Shown here piece by piece: positions 50,581 to 60,331 of a DNA stretch of 64,000 bases; within the stretch, counting starts at the first letter, position 1, and every line of letters begins with the position of its first letter. The notes under the pieces were generated by a model that was not told where the DNA came from, did no database searches, and saw nothing but the letters and a program-made list of their open reading frames with translations. The translations under genes were made by a program, and so were the position numbers. The stretch comes from Candidatus Poribacteria bacterium (lineage in GTDB: Bacteria > Poribacteria > WGA-4E > WGA-3G), in assembly GCA_965214095.1 (NCBI GenBank), contig OZ243938.1, positions 736,001 through 800,000 on the forward strand, in the 5' to 3' direction.

Positions 50581-50823
50581 ATGCAAAATAATTTTCCTAT
50601 TATTTTTCTCATTTTGTCTGCAATACTATTTTCAATCGGACCAGAAATTGGTAGAACACAAAAACCTCCTGTGATTCATGATAGTGTGAAGTTCACAGAT
50701 ATTACAAAAGAAGCTGGTGTCCAATTTCGTGACGAAAATGGGGAAAGTGGAAAGAAATATTTTATTGAAGCAATCAAGAGTTGGTTTGTTCGAATGCATT
50801 GTGATAAAAAACTTAGAAAATAA
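50581..50823 (+). pseudogene. Truncated N-terminal fragment of a CRTAC1/FG-GAP(ASPIC-UnbV)-like secreted protein
   Basis: Signal peptide plus FTDITKEAGVQF..ENGESGKKYFIE, then an abrupt unrelated tail and stop. Confidence 0.6.
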
Positions 50824-50925
50824 CATTGAAGGTTATCGTTACTTTTTTAGTTTGACTTTTTTACACATAAAGCGTAAGTTATAAGCGGGATTCCTAATAT
50901 GTGTTGTGTGTATGATCCTTGAAAA

Positions 50926-51651
50926 GTGTCAAGAAAAGAAAACATAAAATCAAGAAATGAAGTTGCGTTTAGAATGATGACAATTAAATTACGTAGATTA
51001 ATACTCATCTGTTTATGCATGCTCTTGTCTTTAATTGCATCTCAACTATTGTACGCTGGTTCCATATTTTGGGATTTTGATAATGTTGCTAAGGACTGGA
51101 AAGTTGTTAACGGGAATTGGGAAGTAAAGGATGGGGTATATCAAGTCACCAGAGATTTTGATATTGAATATTCACTTGTAGGTGATGAAGATTGGAATGA
51201 TTATACTATTGAAGCAAGAATTCGAATTGATGAGAACAATTGGGCAGGAATTGTTTTTCGGGCAAAAAGCAATATGGAGTATTACGTTTATTACCTGAGT
51301 GTGCTTGATAATAGAACTGAACTTTGGAAACACACTGCAGGAGCATGGGTAAACCGTGAAAAAATAGCACAGATACCTACAGTTGATGGAGTTCAACTAA
51401 AGAATGGTGAATGGTATGAAATGAGACTGGACATCAAAGACGACATCTTTTCGTATTATATTAATGGAAAATGGCAAATGGATAATAGTGACCCTGACTA
51501 CAGTAAAGGTAAAATCGGAGTTTGGGCATGGAAAACTACAGCAAGTGTAGACTATTTTTCTGTAGAGGGAGACAAGATTAAGAACACACAAGATGTTAAT
51601 CCTGCGTCTAAGGTGGCAACTACCTGGGGAACTCTCAAGCGCGTATTCTAA
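50926..51651 (+). CDS. Secreted DUF1080-like (3-keto-disaccharide hydrolase fold) protein with C-terminal TxWGxxK motif
   Basis: G.W.V.DG, W.DY.IEA, AGIVFR, YINGK, GKIG; ends DVNPASKVATTWGTLK. Confidence 0.8.
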   Translation: MSRKENIKSRNEVAFRMMTIKLRRLILICLCMLLSLIASQLLYAGSIFWDFDNVAKDWKVVNGNWEVKDGVYQVTRDFDIEYSLVGDEDWNDYTIEARIRIDENNWAGIVFRAKSNMEYYVYYLSVLDNRTELWKHTAGAWVNREKIAQIPTVDGVQLKNGEWYEMRLDIKDDIFSYYINGKWQMDNSDPDYSKGKIGVWAWKTTASVDYFSVEGDKIKNTQDVNPASKVATTWGTLKRVF

Positions 51652-51839
51652 TACCACTACATATATACGCGTTAATTTGCTTCAGAAAAGGGGATTATAA
51701 AACAGCCGAAACATCAATTCGAAAAGTTATTACACTTGATTCAACGAACACAAATTATCAAGAAGGATTGAAACAAATCCAAAAGATAAAGTCTCAACAA
51801 TAATAAAGATGTACGCATAATTAAAGTTTAGAGGTGAAC

Positions 51840-53285
51840 ATGGCATATTCCAGTCTCAGAGAATTTGTAAAAGCACTTGAACGTGCGGATGAACTCAAAC
51901 GCATAAAAACAGAGGTCTCACCGGACCTTGAAATTGCCGAGATTACTGACCGTGTTAGTAAAGCAGAAGGGCCTGCACTGCTATTTGAAAACGTTGAAGG
52001 CAGTGATATGCCGCTGCTGATTAATGCCTTCGGTTCGTATTCACGAATGGCGATGGCACTCGGTGTGGACGACCTATCCAGAATTGCCTATGAAATTGAA
52101 GGGATGATCAAGATCGGACCGCCTGAGTCACTGCTGGACAAGGTAAAAATGCTACGTATCCTATCTCAACTTACTAACTTCCCACCCAAAACAGTCAAAC
52201 GTGGTGTATCTCAAGAGGTAGTTTTAACAGGTGAAAATGCTTCGTTAGACAGACTACCATTGATCAAGTGTTGGCCAATGGATGCTGATAAATATATCAC
52301 TTTACCACAAGTATTCACCCACAGTCTAAAAACTGGACAACGCAATGTCGGCACATATCGCCTACAGAAACTAAACCCACACGCATTAGCCATGCACTGG
52401 CAGATACATCATGACGGAGCAGCACATCATCGAGAATACAGACAGGCGGGAGAACAGATGCCAGTCGCAATCGCAATCGGGGGAGATCCGATTATGTCAT
52501 ATATCGGCACAGCACCCCTGCCTTCAGGTATTGACGAACTCCTATTCGCAGGCTTCCTACGAAAAGCAAATGTTGAGATGGTAGAAGCAAAAACGATAGA
52601 TATGAAGGTTCCCGCAGAGGCTGATATTGTGATTGAAGGATTTATCGAACCCGATGAAACTTGTATTGAAGGACCTTTCGGCGACCACACAGGCTTCTAT
52701 TCTATGCCAGATGAATACCCAGTTTTCCGTATCACAGCCATCACGCACCGAAAAGACCCGATCTATCAAACCATCATCGTAGGTAAGCCTCCGATGGAAG
52801 ATTGCTACATGGGCAAAGCAACCGAACGCATTTTTATGCCCTTGATAAAAACACAACTCCCTGAACTTGTTGATATGAATCTGCCTTTATTCGGTGTATT
52901 CCACAACTTTGCCTTGATTTCAATAGACAAACGCTATCCATACCAAGCCAAAAAGATGATGCATAGTTTCTGGGGACTTGGTCAACTCATGTTTAGTAAA
53001 TTCATTATCATTGTTGATAAGGATGTAGATGTTCAAAACGTTGAGGAAGTCCTATTTTATGTCGGTAGCAATGTTGACCCAAAACGGGATGTGACAATCG
53101 TTGAAGGTCCCGTTGATGTGCTTGACCACGCCGCACCCCTGCTCGGTGCCGGTTCCAAGATGGGTATTGATGCCACAACAAAATGGCCTGAAGAAGGATA
53201 CCACCGTGATTGGCCCCCAGAAATTCAGATGTCCGATGAAATCATTGAACTCGTCAATGAACGTTGGAAGAAATACGGTCTGTGA
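51840..53285 (+). CDS. UbiD-family decarboxylase (menaquinone/futalosine pathway type)
   Basis: GPALLFENV, RNVGTYR, MHWQIHHDG, EGPFGDHTGFYS, GKPPMED, LDHA, KMGIDAT. Confidence 0.93.
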   Translation: MAYSSLREFVKALERADELKRIKTEVSPDLEIAEITDRVSKAEGPALLFENVEGSDMPLLINAFGSYSRMAMALGVDDLSRIAYEIEGMIKIGPPESLLDKVKMLRILSQLTNFPPKTVKRGVSQEVVLTGENASLDRLPLIKCWPMDADKYITLPQVFTHSLKTGQRNVGTYRLQKLNPHALAMHWQIHHDGAAHHREYRQAGEQMPVAIAIGGDPIMSYIGTAPLPSGIDELLFAGFLRKANVEMVEAKTIDMKVPAEADIVIEGFIEPDETCIEGPFGDHTGFYSMPDEYPVFRITAITHRKDPIYQTIIVGKPPMEDCYMGKATERIFMPLIKTQLPELVDMNLPLFGVFHNFALISIDKRYPYQAKKMMHSFWGLGQLMFSKFIIIVDKDVDVQNVEEVLFYVGSNVDPKRDVTIVEGPVDVLDHAAPLLGAGSKMGIDATTKWPEEGYHRDWPPEIQMSDEIIELVNERWKKYGL

Positions 53286-53347
53286 TTGCTATCCTATCCG
53301 AATGACATATATATGATACCACATTACTTGAATAAAATTAAGGCTTT

Positions 53348-53404
53348 TGGCAGTGTTTCATCCCAAGTCTAAAGACTTGGGCTTCACACCGCAACGTTTG
53401 GTAA
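53348..53404 (-). mobile_element. Orphan IS200/IS605-type left end
   Basis: Minus strand TTAC, then 19 nt, then hairpin CCCAAGTCTTTAGACTTGGG with outer stem GCGGTGT/ACACTGC. Confidence 0.6.
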
Positions 53405-53474
53405 ACATTTTAATTGTTTCTGTAGTTATATCATCCACATATTCGTTTATATTTAATACATTGGAGTAAAAAAA

Positions 53475-54548
53475 ATGGCAGAAACAATTTACGATGTTGC
53501 TGTGATTGGTGCTGGTCCAGCTGGAACGCAAGCAGCAGTATCTGCAAGTCATCAGATGCGGCATGTGTTAGTGCTACATTCAGGTAAAGTTAGTTTCAGT
53601 CGTGGTAGAGCATATTGGTCTAAGTCGGTTGAAATTGAAGATGCCCCTGTCTTTCCCGGCATAATCGGCCCACATTTCGCTAAAGAACTCATGAAGTGGA
53701 TGGAAAGCAGACCGGTAATGGATTTTATGCTCGGAGAAGAACATCGGAAGACAGGAATTGATGTCAGAGACGGCATGGTTACCTGTCTAACACAAAACAA
53801 CGGTATCTTTGAATTAGAGGCATCAACAAAAACCATAAAGAAAGACAACTCGCTACAAATTGAACATTTCAAATCTCGTACCGTCGTCGTTGCATCCGGT
53901 TTTGATGACAAATGGCCCGATATAGAATTCCAAGCAGATGCTGAACGATTATATAAGCAGTATGCTACCGTGTTCCGTTATGCTGGAAATCGTAAAGGAT
54001 GGCACGTCTGTATCCGATGCGATGGACACCTGCATGTTAATGAACATTTAGCACTACTCGGAGTTGGCGACTATATCTATGAAGCAGCGATTGGCGCACA
54101 GGATTTCACCGACAAAATCACTATCCTTACCAATGGACGACCCCATGGGATGTCTCCCCCAATTCTAAATCAAATTAAAGAGAGAAACATCCAAATCATT
54201 GAAACAAAGATAAAGCAGCATATCGGAGAAAAAACCGATCTACTCGGTTTTGAAATGGATGATGGATCAGAGTTATTCTTCCACGGATTTCTCGTTGATG
54301 AAGGCTTAATACCAAATACAAAGTTCTTGGATGGATGGGTTTACCAAAAGGACGAGGAAGGTTTGATCATCGCAAATGAAGATATGCAAATGTTGGACAC
54401 AGATGGAGAACCAATTCCTGGTCTCTTTGCTGCAGGCGATATAATCTCTGGTGAACGAAATCTGATAGCAACTGCCTTCGCACTCGGTCAAGAAGCAGGT
54501 TTATCCGCATCCGACTCACTCCGAAAATGGCATTACCCCAAAGACTGA
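53475..54548 (+). CDS. Thioredoxin reductase-like FAD/NAD(P) oxidoreductase
   Basis: DVAVIGAGPAG, VVASG, CIRCDG (CxxC), PGLFAAGD. Confidence 0.85.
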   Translation: MAETIYDVAVIGAGPAGTQAAVSASHQMRHVLVLHSGKVSFSRGRAYWSKSVEIEDAPVFPGIIGPHFAKELMKWMESRPVMDFMLGEEHRKTGIDVRDGMVTCLTQNNGIFELEASTKTIKKDNSLQIEHFKSRTVVVASGFDDKWPDIEFQADAERLYKQYATVFRYAGNRKGWHVCIRCDGHLHVNEHLALLGVGDYIYEAAIGAQDFTDKITILTNGRPHGMSPPILNQIKERNIQIIETKIKQHIGEKTDLLGFEMDDGSELFFHGFLVDEGLIPNTKFLDGWVYQKDEEGLIIANEDMQMLDTDGEPIPGLFAAGDIISGERNLIATAFALGQEAGLSASDSLRKWHYPKD

Positions 54549-54610
54549 TTATAATGGCGTAGATGCGTTAGTTAACAACATCTATCGCAAATTTCTATAA
54601 GGAATACTCT

Positions 54611-57439
54611 ATGATACCAAACGACAGTTCAAAGACCCTCTATATTATAGACACACTCGCTGAAGTATTTCGTTCATTTTACGCAATCCAAACCCGTTTA
54701 GTAAGCGGTGTAACAGGTGAACCCACCAACGCAATCTACGGGTTTATGACAAGTGTCATGAAGCTGCTGACTGACTACAAAGCAGAATATATTATCGCTG
54801 CAATTGATATGCCCGGCGACACCTTCCGTAATGAGATGTATGAAGAATACAAAGGGCATCGCAGAACCCCACCTGATGACCTTGTTACACAGATTCCTCG
54901 TATCCAACAGGTGCTTGAAACACTGCAAATCCCCGTTATAGGAAAACCGGAACTTGAGGCAGACGATATCATCGCCTCTGTTACCCAATACATTTTGGAT
55001 TCACCTGACACACAAGATGTGCATGTGAGTATTATCTCTAAGGACAAAGACCTTGAACAATTGTTATGTGACCAAGTGACAATGTTAGACTTACGTAAGG
55101 ACGTAACGATTGATGTAGCAGCATTATGGGAAAACAAAGGTATCACACCTGACCAAGTTATTGACACACTTGCACTAATGGGTGATACTTCTGACAACAT
55201 ACCGGGTGTTGAAGGGATCGGATTGAAAACTGCTGCGAAGTTAATCCAAGAGTTTGGCTCTATTGAGAATATCTATGCCAATATTGATCAGATAAAGGGA
55301 AAACGAAGAGAGAATTTAGAGAAAGCACAAGAATATATTTCTCTATCACAACAACTTGTTACACTAAAACGTGATGCTGATTTAGGTTTTTCTATGGAAC
55401 AAGCACGATTCAAAAAACCTGACCTTAGCAAAATCAACCCTTTGTTAGAACAACTTGAACTCAAAAGGTTTTACAATCCGCTTGCCGAACTTGCATCAGG
55501 CAGCACTGTATCAGACCAAGTTAAAACTGAAGTGAAAACTACCCGAAAAGAACGATTAGAGGCAATGGAAAAAGAAAAAGACGCTATCATAGAAGAGGGA
55601 AAATTCACGACCGCAGCATCCGGGGACTACACTGCAATTACGACTGAATCGGAATTGGACGCACTCGCAGAAACACTGACAACGCAACCAATCATCGCTG
55701 TTGATACAGAAACTGATGGACTGTATCGAAATTCAGCACTGTGTGGGATAAGTTTCTCTTGGAAACCGCAGCAGGGTGTCTATGTACCCATCCGTTCCTC
55801 CAATCCTGAAAACCATTTAGATGAAGAAACTGTGATTGCCAAACTCAAACCGATATTAGAAAATCCTGAATTGCCTAAATGTGGACACAATCTGAAGTTT
55901 GATGCAAGCATCTTCATTCGCCACGGTGTTCAATTGCAAGGGGTTGTTTTTGATACGATGTTGGCAAGCCAACTTGTTGACCCACGTCAACCTTCACACA
56001 ATCTGGACAATCTTGCACTGCTACACTTAAATCATAAAATGATTCCACTATCAGACTTGATTGGGAAGGAGGGAGACTCTACATCCATTGACAAAGTACC
56101 TTTTGAAGATGTCACAAGATACGCTTCGGAGGATACAGATGTAGTTCTCCAACTCTATCACTATTTTAAGCCGAAACTTGAGGAAACCGAAACGACTGAA
56201 TTAGTAAGAGAAATAGAGTCACCTCTCGCCCCAATTCTAGCACTCATGGAGTTCAACGGAGTCGTATGTGACACAGAGGAATTGGAGAAGCAGGCCAATG
56301 TAGTGCGACAACTCGTTGTTGAACGCCAAAAAGAAATCCACGATTTAGTCGGCTACGAATTCAATATAGATTCACCATCACGATTGGCTGATATATTGTT
56401 TGATGACATTGGCTTTAAACCTGTTAGACGCACAAAAACTGGGAAGAATTCTACCGATGTAAATGTTCTTGAAGCACTCGCAGCACAAGAGGACATAAAC
56501 AACCCAAAAACATCTGTTCCACGACTGATTATTGAATATCGTCAATACAGAAATCTACAGAGCACCTATCTTGGCAATTTACGACATTCAGTAAATAATG
56601 ATACGAAACGCATTCATACGCATCTCTATCAACTCACGACTGCGACCGGACGACTGAAATCCGATAGTCCAAATCTACAGAATATCCCTATCCGATCAGA
56701 GATAGGTAGACAATTACGAAAGGTATTCATAGCACCGGATGGACATAAACTGATTTGTGCCGACTATTCGCAGATTGAACTTCGTGTTCTGGCACACTTC
56801 AGTTCTGATCCTAAATTGATGGAAATCTTCACTAATGATATGGATATCCATACATCCGTTGCAGCAGAAGTATTCAAGATTGAACCCGATAATATATCAA
56901 AAGAGATGAGAGACAAAGCCAAGATCGTGAATTTCGGTATCATCTACGGCGTTTCACCATCTGGATTAGCACGAAGAATTCAGGGAATGAATGTCAATGA
57001 AGCGAGAGAGTTGATCACTGACTATAAAGCACGTTTTCCGGGTATCAACACATTTTTCCAAAATTGCGTCCAACAAGCATTAGATCAAGGCTATGTGTCA
57101 ACGTTAACAGGTAGACGCCGGGCTATTCCTGAACTCTTTGAACATTCCCAAAGCAGGCAAAATCTCGGAGAACGGTTGGCAATCAATACCGTAATTCAAG
57201 GGACAGCAGCAGACCTCATTAAAGCAGCAATGGTCAAAGTTCAACACAGAATTGATCGTGATCAGTTAGAAATGAAATTACTACTGCAGATACACGACGA
57301 ACTCGTGCTTGAATCCCCCATAGATTTAGTAGAAGAACACGCTGTCATCGTCTCAGAAGAGATGGAAAATGCCTTGAAACTCAATGTACCACTCCGTACT
57401 GAAACAGGTATCGGGGATAACTGGATGGATGCGAAATAA
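54611..57439 (+). CDS. polA: DNA polymerase I
   Basis: 5' nuclease (EADD, GDTSDNIPGV.GIG.KTA), exonuclease (DTETDG, HNLKFD), polymerase motifs ADYSQIELR, K..NFGIIYG, QIHDEL. Confidence 0.98.
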   Translation: MIPNDSSKTLYIIDTLAEVFRSFYAIQTRLVSGVTGEPTNAIYGFMTSVMKLLTDYKAEYIIAAIDMPGDTFRNEMYEEYKGHRRTPPDDLVTQIPRIQQVLETLQIPVIGKPELEADDIIASVTQYILDSPDTQDVHVSIISKDKDLEQLLCDQVTMLDLRKDVTIDVAALWENKGITPDQVIDTLALMGDTSDNIPGVEGIGLKTAAKLIQEFGSIENIYANIDQIKGKRRENLEKAQEYISLSQQLVTLKRDADLGFSMEQARFKKPDLSKINPLLEQLELKRFYNPLAELASGSTVSDQVKTEVKTTRKERLEAMEKEKDAIIEEGKFTTAASGDYTAITTESELDALAETLTTQPIIAVDTETDGLYRNSALCGISFSWKPQQGVYVPIRSSNPENHLDEETVIAKLKPILENPELPKCGHNLKFDASIFIRHGVQLQGVVFDTMLASQLVDPRQPSHNLDNLALLHLNHKMIPLSDLIGKEGDSTSIDKVPFEDVTRYASEDTDVVLQLYHYFKPKLEETETTELVREIESPLAPILALMEFNGVVCDTEELEKQANVVRQLVVERQKEIHDLVGYEFNIDSPSRLADILFDDIGFKPVRRTKTGKNSTDVNVLEALAAQEDINNPKTSVPRLIIEYRQYRNLQSTYLGNLRHSVNNDTKRIHTHLYQLTTATGRLKSDSPNLQNIPIRSEIGRQLRKVFIAPDGHKLICADYSQIELRVLAHFSSDPKLMEIFTNDMDIHTSVAAEVFKIEPDNISKEMRDKAKIVNFGIIYGVSPSGLARRIQGMNVNEARELITDYKARFPGINTFFQNCVQQALDQGYVSTLTGRRRAIPELFEHSQSRQNLGERLAINTVIQGTAADLIKAAMVKVQHRIDRDQLEMKLLLQIHDELVLESPIDLVEEHAVIVSEEMENALKLNVPLRTETGIGDNWMDAK

Positions 57440-57556
57440 TGGGAAGGAAAAAGAAAATAAAAGGACATCCTTAATTCAATTAGCGAAGATTATCTAACAT
57501 CGTTTATTATTAATGAGTACGTTTTTATACATTACCTAATTTGTAATAAATCAAAT

Positions 57557-57585
57557 TTGACAAATTTGCTAATTTATAGTATACT
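57557..57585 (+). promoter_or_regulatory. Sigma70-type promoter of the RRM gene
   Basis: TTGACA-17 nt-TATACT. Confidence 0.7.
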
Positions 57586-57837
57586 GTTTATGTTTATGAC
57601 AAAGTTTGGGAAATGTGACGGTGTCTGCGAAACACGTTATGCGTAGTATTTTGACAGTTTTACGATTGGAACCAGAAGCATTCTTGATGATTGTGCGGCT
57701 TCCGAATAAGATTGATGAGAATCCCGAGTTCATTTTTACCAATCTTAGCACTGCCAAACGCCTGCCTATAGAACATGCTGACAGTACTCAGTTTTCTCAC
57801 ATTCCCGTTTATTTACAATTTCAAAAGGAGAAACGAG

Positions 57838-58137
57838 ATGAACATCTACGTTGGCAATGTGCCCTATGCAGCCACAGAAACAGACTTGGAAGAAATGTTT
57901 GAGCCGCATGGACCACTGGCATCTGTAACAATTATCCGTGACCGCTATGATGGTCGTTCAAAAGGGTATGGATTTGTTGAGATGGAAAACCAAGAAGACG
58001 GTGAACGCGCGATTGAAGCTCTTGACGGCCAAGAAGTAATGGGTCGTCCATTGAAAGTCAATCCAGCACGTCCACGCGAACGTCGCTCAGAACCCCGATA
58101 CCAAAACCAAAACCGAAGCCGCTACGAAGAAGAGTAA
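57838..58137 (+). CDS. RRM-domain RNA-binding protein
   Basis: RNP2 IYVGNV, RNP1 KGYGFVEM, GRPLKVNPARP; AGGAG RBS. Confidence 0.93.
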   Translation: MNIYVGNVPYAATETDLEEMFEPHGPLASVTIIRDRYDGRSKGYGFVEMENQEDGERAIEALDGQEVMGRPLKVNPARPRERRSEPRYQNQNRSRYEEE

Positions 58138-58190
58138 TCAAACACGGTGAGGAATTCCTCACTACATTTTAGATAACACTTCTCGAAGTT

Positions 58191-58228
58191 ATTATGCTCC
58201 TGTTGTTGTAAAACAACAGGAGCATAAT
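58191..58228. terminator. Hairpin between convergent genes (likely bidirectional terminator)
   Basis: attatgctcctgttgtt / aacaacaggagcataat inverted repeat. Confidence 0.75.
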
Positions 58229-58296
58229 GCCTTAAACAGTTGTGGATTCCTTCCTCTTTCCTTCATTCTTCCTAATCACCATTCACCACTACAATA

Positions 58297-60147
58297 TCAC
58301 GCACTCAAACCAAGTTCCTTACTCAGTTCCATCAAGCGATTATTTATCTTTGTCTTGTCTATCTTGTTATCTTCAACGAACTCTTGGTATGGACGTGGGA
58401 GTCTGTCCGGTATCATAGCACGAGAATTTGCCTCTTGTAGTGCTAACAAAGACATAAACATCTGCATCTCAGCAGAATGATCAGGCATATAATCCGCTAC
58501 AACCTGACGCAAATCCTCTTCTATAAAGGTATTGCGATTCTTGCGTTTAGCTAAATTATGACTACGGTTCGCTATCTGCGCAAGATCACCGACACTCACA
58601 CCGCGTAACTTCTGATCTCTTGCTATCTCTTGGAAATTCATCTCTTCGCGTGTGTGAAGTCTGCAAAAGAACTGTAGAATACCTGCGCGACTCTCACGCA
58701 TAGGTGGAAGAAGTACCAATTTATGGTTAAATATCTCTGGTTTCCGAAAAATCGGCGGCATCAAATCGGGACGACTGCATGTACCAACCCATATTACTTT
58801 TCCGTGTAAAGAAGCATCACTGATTGCATTTGTTAACAGAATAGGGAAACCGTGTTCCCTACTGCCTTGCTGCATTCCTGTATGGGGAGATGCACTTTCA
58901 ACTTCATCCATAAAAACTACTACAGGAGCAAGTCCCCTTATAAAATTGATGGCAGAATTCAAATTTCTTTCGTAACTATTCCCATTCTCACTAATAGTGA
59001 GTGTTACTTCGCTTACTTGACTTGCATAACGGAGTTGAACAAACGCCATGTTTGTCTGTCCAGCAAGCATTCGTGCCGCAAACAGGTTCCCGTTTCCTGT
59101 TGGACCAAGCATCAGAATCCCACGCGGCACACGTTTCATATCATTCTCTTTTAATCCTTCGGCAACGTCTTCAATCACTCGTGTGATATGACTTGACCAA
59201 TGTTGTTTCGGTTCCATTAAGGGTTCATTCACCTCAATTATTCCGTGGCTAAATGTCCTGACGCTTTGCCTTCGATAGTTGACGAGTAGAGGTCCTTCTA
59301 CTTTCTGTTTTATGGATGCAGCGTGCCGAACCAAATCATGTATACCAAAGAGATTCAGACCGGAAGTATCTCGGGCTAATGTTTGTCTATCCCGATCATT
59401 ACCCAGATTTAAGTTCACTTGAACTTTTTGGTCTGGATTATCTTGGTGTGAAATCTCCTGAGGTATTTGAGCCAAGTGATTAATAAACTTCAAACGTTCA
59501 TCATAGTCTGGAAAAGGAATTTCAACAATAGGTATTTCCTGATTCACAAGAAAATGTGGATGAATGTCGTAGGTATTCTGTGTGAGAAGTAAGATGATGT
59601 GTTTCTTTCTACGAATTTCCAGGTCTGCTGCCCAATTCTGTAATTGAAATAGGAAATATTGTTGATTGTCTTTTGCTGCACCTTCAAAAACGGGATCACT
59701 CGGGGCAATTTGCTCCAAGTGATTGATAACTAAACCTACTCTTACCCTATCCTGTTTCAGGAGTTCATGCATCTTATTTGCTAAATCTTTCGTCGGTATC
59801 GGATCACTTTTGTAAAATGGATCCTCATGTAGTTTATTGAGTGCAAGCGTGCTGTTTATTCGCTTTCTATGTTCTGTCTCATCGGGGACTGCCTGTTCTT
59901 TTGGAATGAGTCCTAATATTTTCTGAGTATCTACCCACCGACCCGTCCCTGGCCACATAAACCCTTGCGTAGCATTATAGCCGAGAACTAAACGACACCC
60001 GAGAACATTCATCTGTTCCATCAAGTAGTCCAGCGCGGGCAAATAACCGAAATGTTCGTCAAATTGCAAATCGCCAACATTAAAATGTAGCAAGAATTGA
60101 TGTGCTGCAGCAACCTTATATTGTGATTCTATCTTCTCCCAAAACAT
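58297..60147 (-). CDS. AAA+ ATPase-like protein with degenerate Walker A
   Basis: VPRGILMLGPTGNGN, PVVVFMDEVE, RPDL; N-terminal degenerate AAA-like domain. Confidence 0.8.
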   Translation of the reverse strand: MFWEKIESQYKVAAAHQFLLHFNVGDLQFDEHFGYLPALDYLMEQMNVLGCRLVLGYNATQGFMWPGTGRWVDTQKILGLIPKEQAVPDETEHRKRINSTLALNKLHEDPFYKSDPIPTKDLANKMHELLKQDRVRVGLVINHLEQIAPSDPVFEGAAKDNQQYFLFQLQNWAADLEIRRKKHIILLLTQNTYDIHPHFLVNQEIPIVEIPFPDYDERLKFINHLAQIPQEISHQDNPDQKVQVNLNLGNDRDRQTLARDTSGLNLFGIHDLVRHAASIKQKVEGPLLVNYRRQSVRTFSHGIIEVNEPLMEPKQHWSSHITRVIEDVAEGLKENDMKRVPRGILMLGPTGNGNLFAARMLAGQTNMAFVQLRYASQVSEVTLTISENGNSYERNLNSAINFIRGLAPVVVFMDEVESASPHTGMQQGSREHGFPILLTNAISDASLHGKVIWVGTCSRPDLMPPIFRKPEIFNHKLVLLPPMRESRAGILQFFCRLHTREEMNFQEIARDQKLRGVSVGDLAQIANRSHNLAKRKNRNTFIEEDLRQVVADYMPDHSAEMQMFMSLLALQEANSRAMIPDRLPRPYQEFVEDNKIDKTKINNRLMELSKELGLSA

Positions 60148-60331
60148 GCTAACTCTCCAAGTAATACCAAAGTTTAATAGGATAATAACCGATACTGAAT
60201 GTCATGCCTCTGTCAAATAGAATACCACATGAACCATTACAAAGTCAAACGATTCAGATTGACAATAAAGCCGAAAAATGATACGTTATACCTGCTATAC
60301 AATAATCTATAATTTGGAACACACATAAATA

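Noticed and set aside
57606-57902. 98-aa ORF across the RRM leader
   Set aside because: No RBS or recognisable motif; overlaps the RRM gene out of frame; the region is better explained as a structured UTR.
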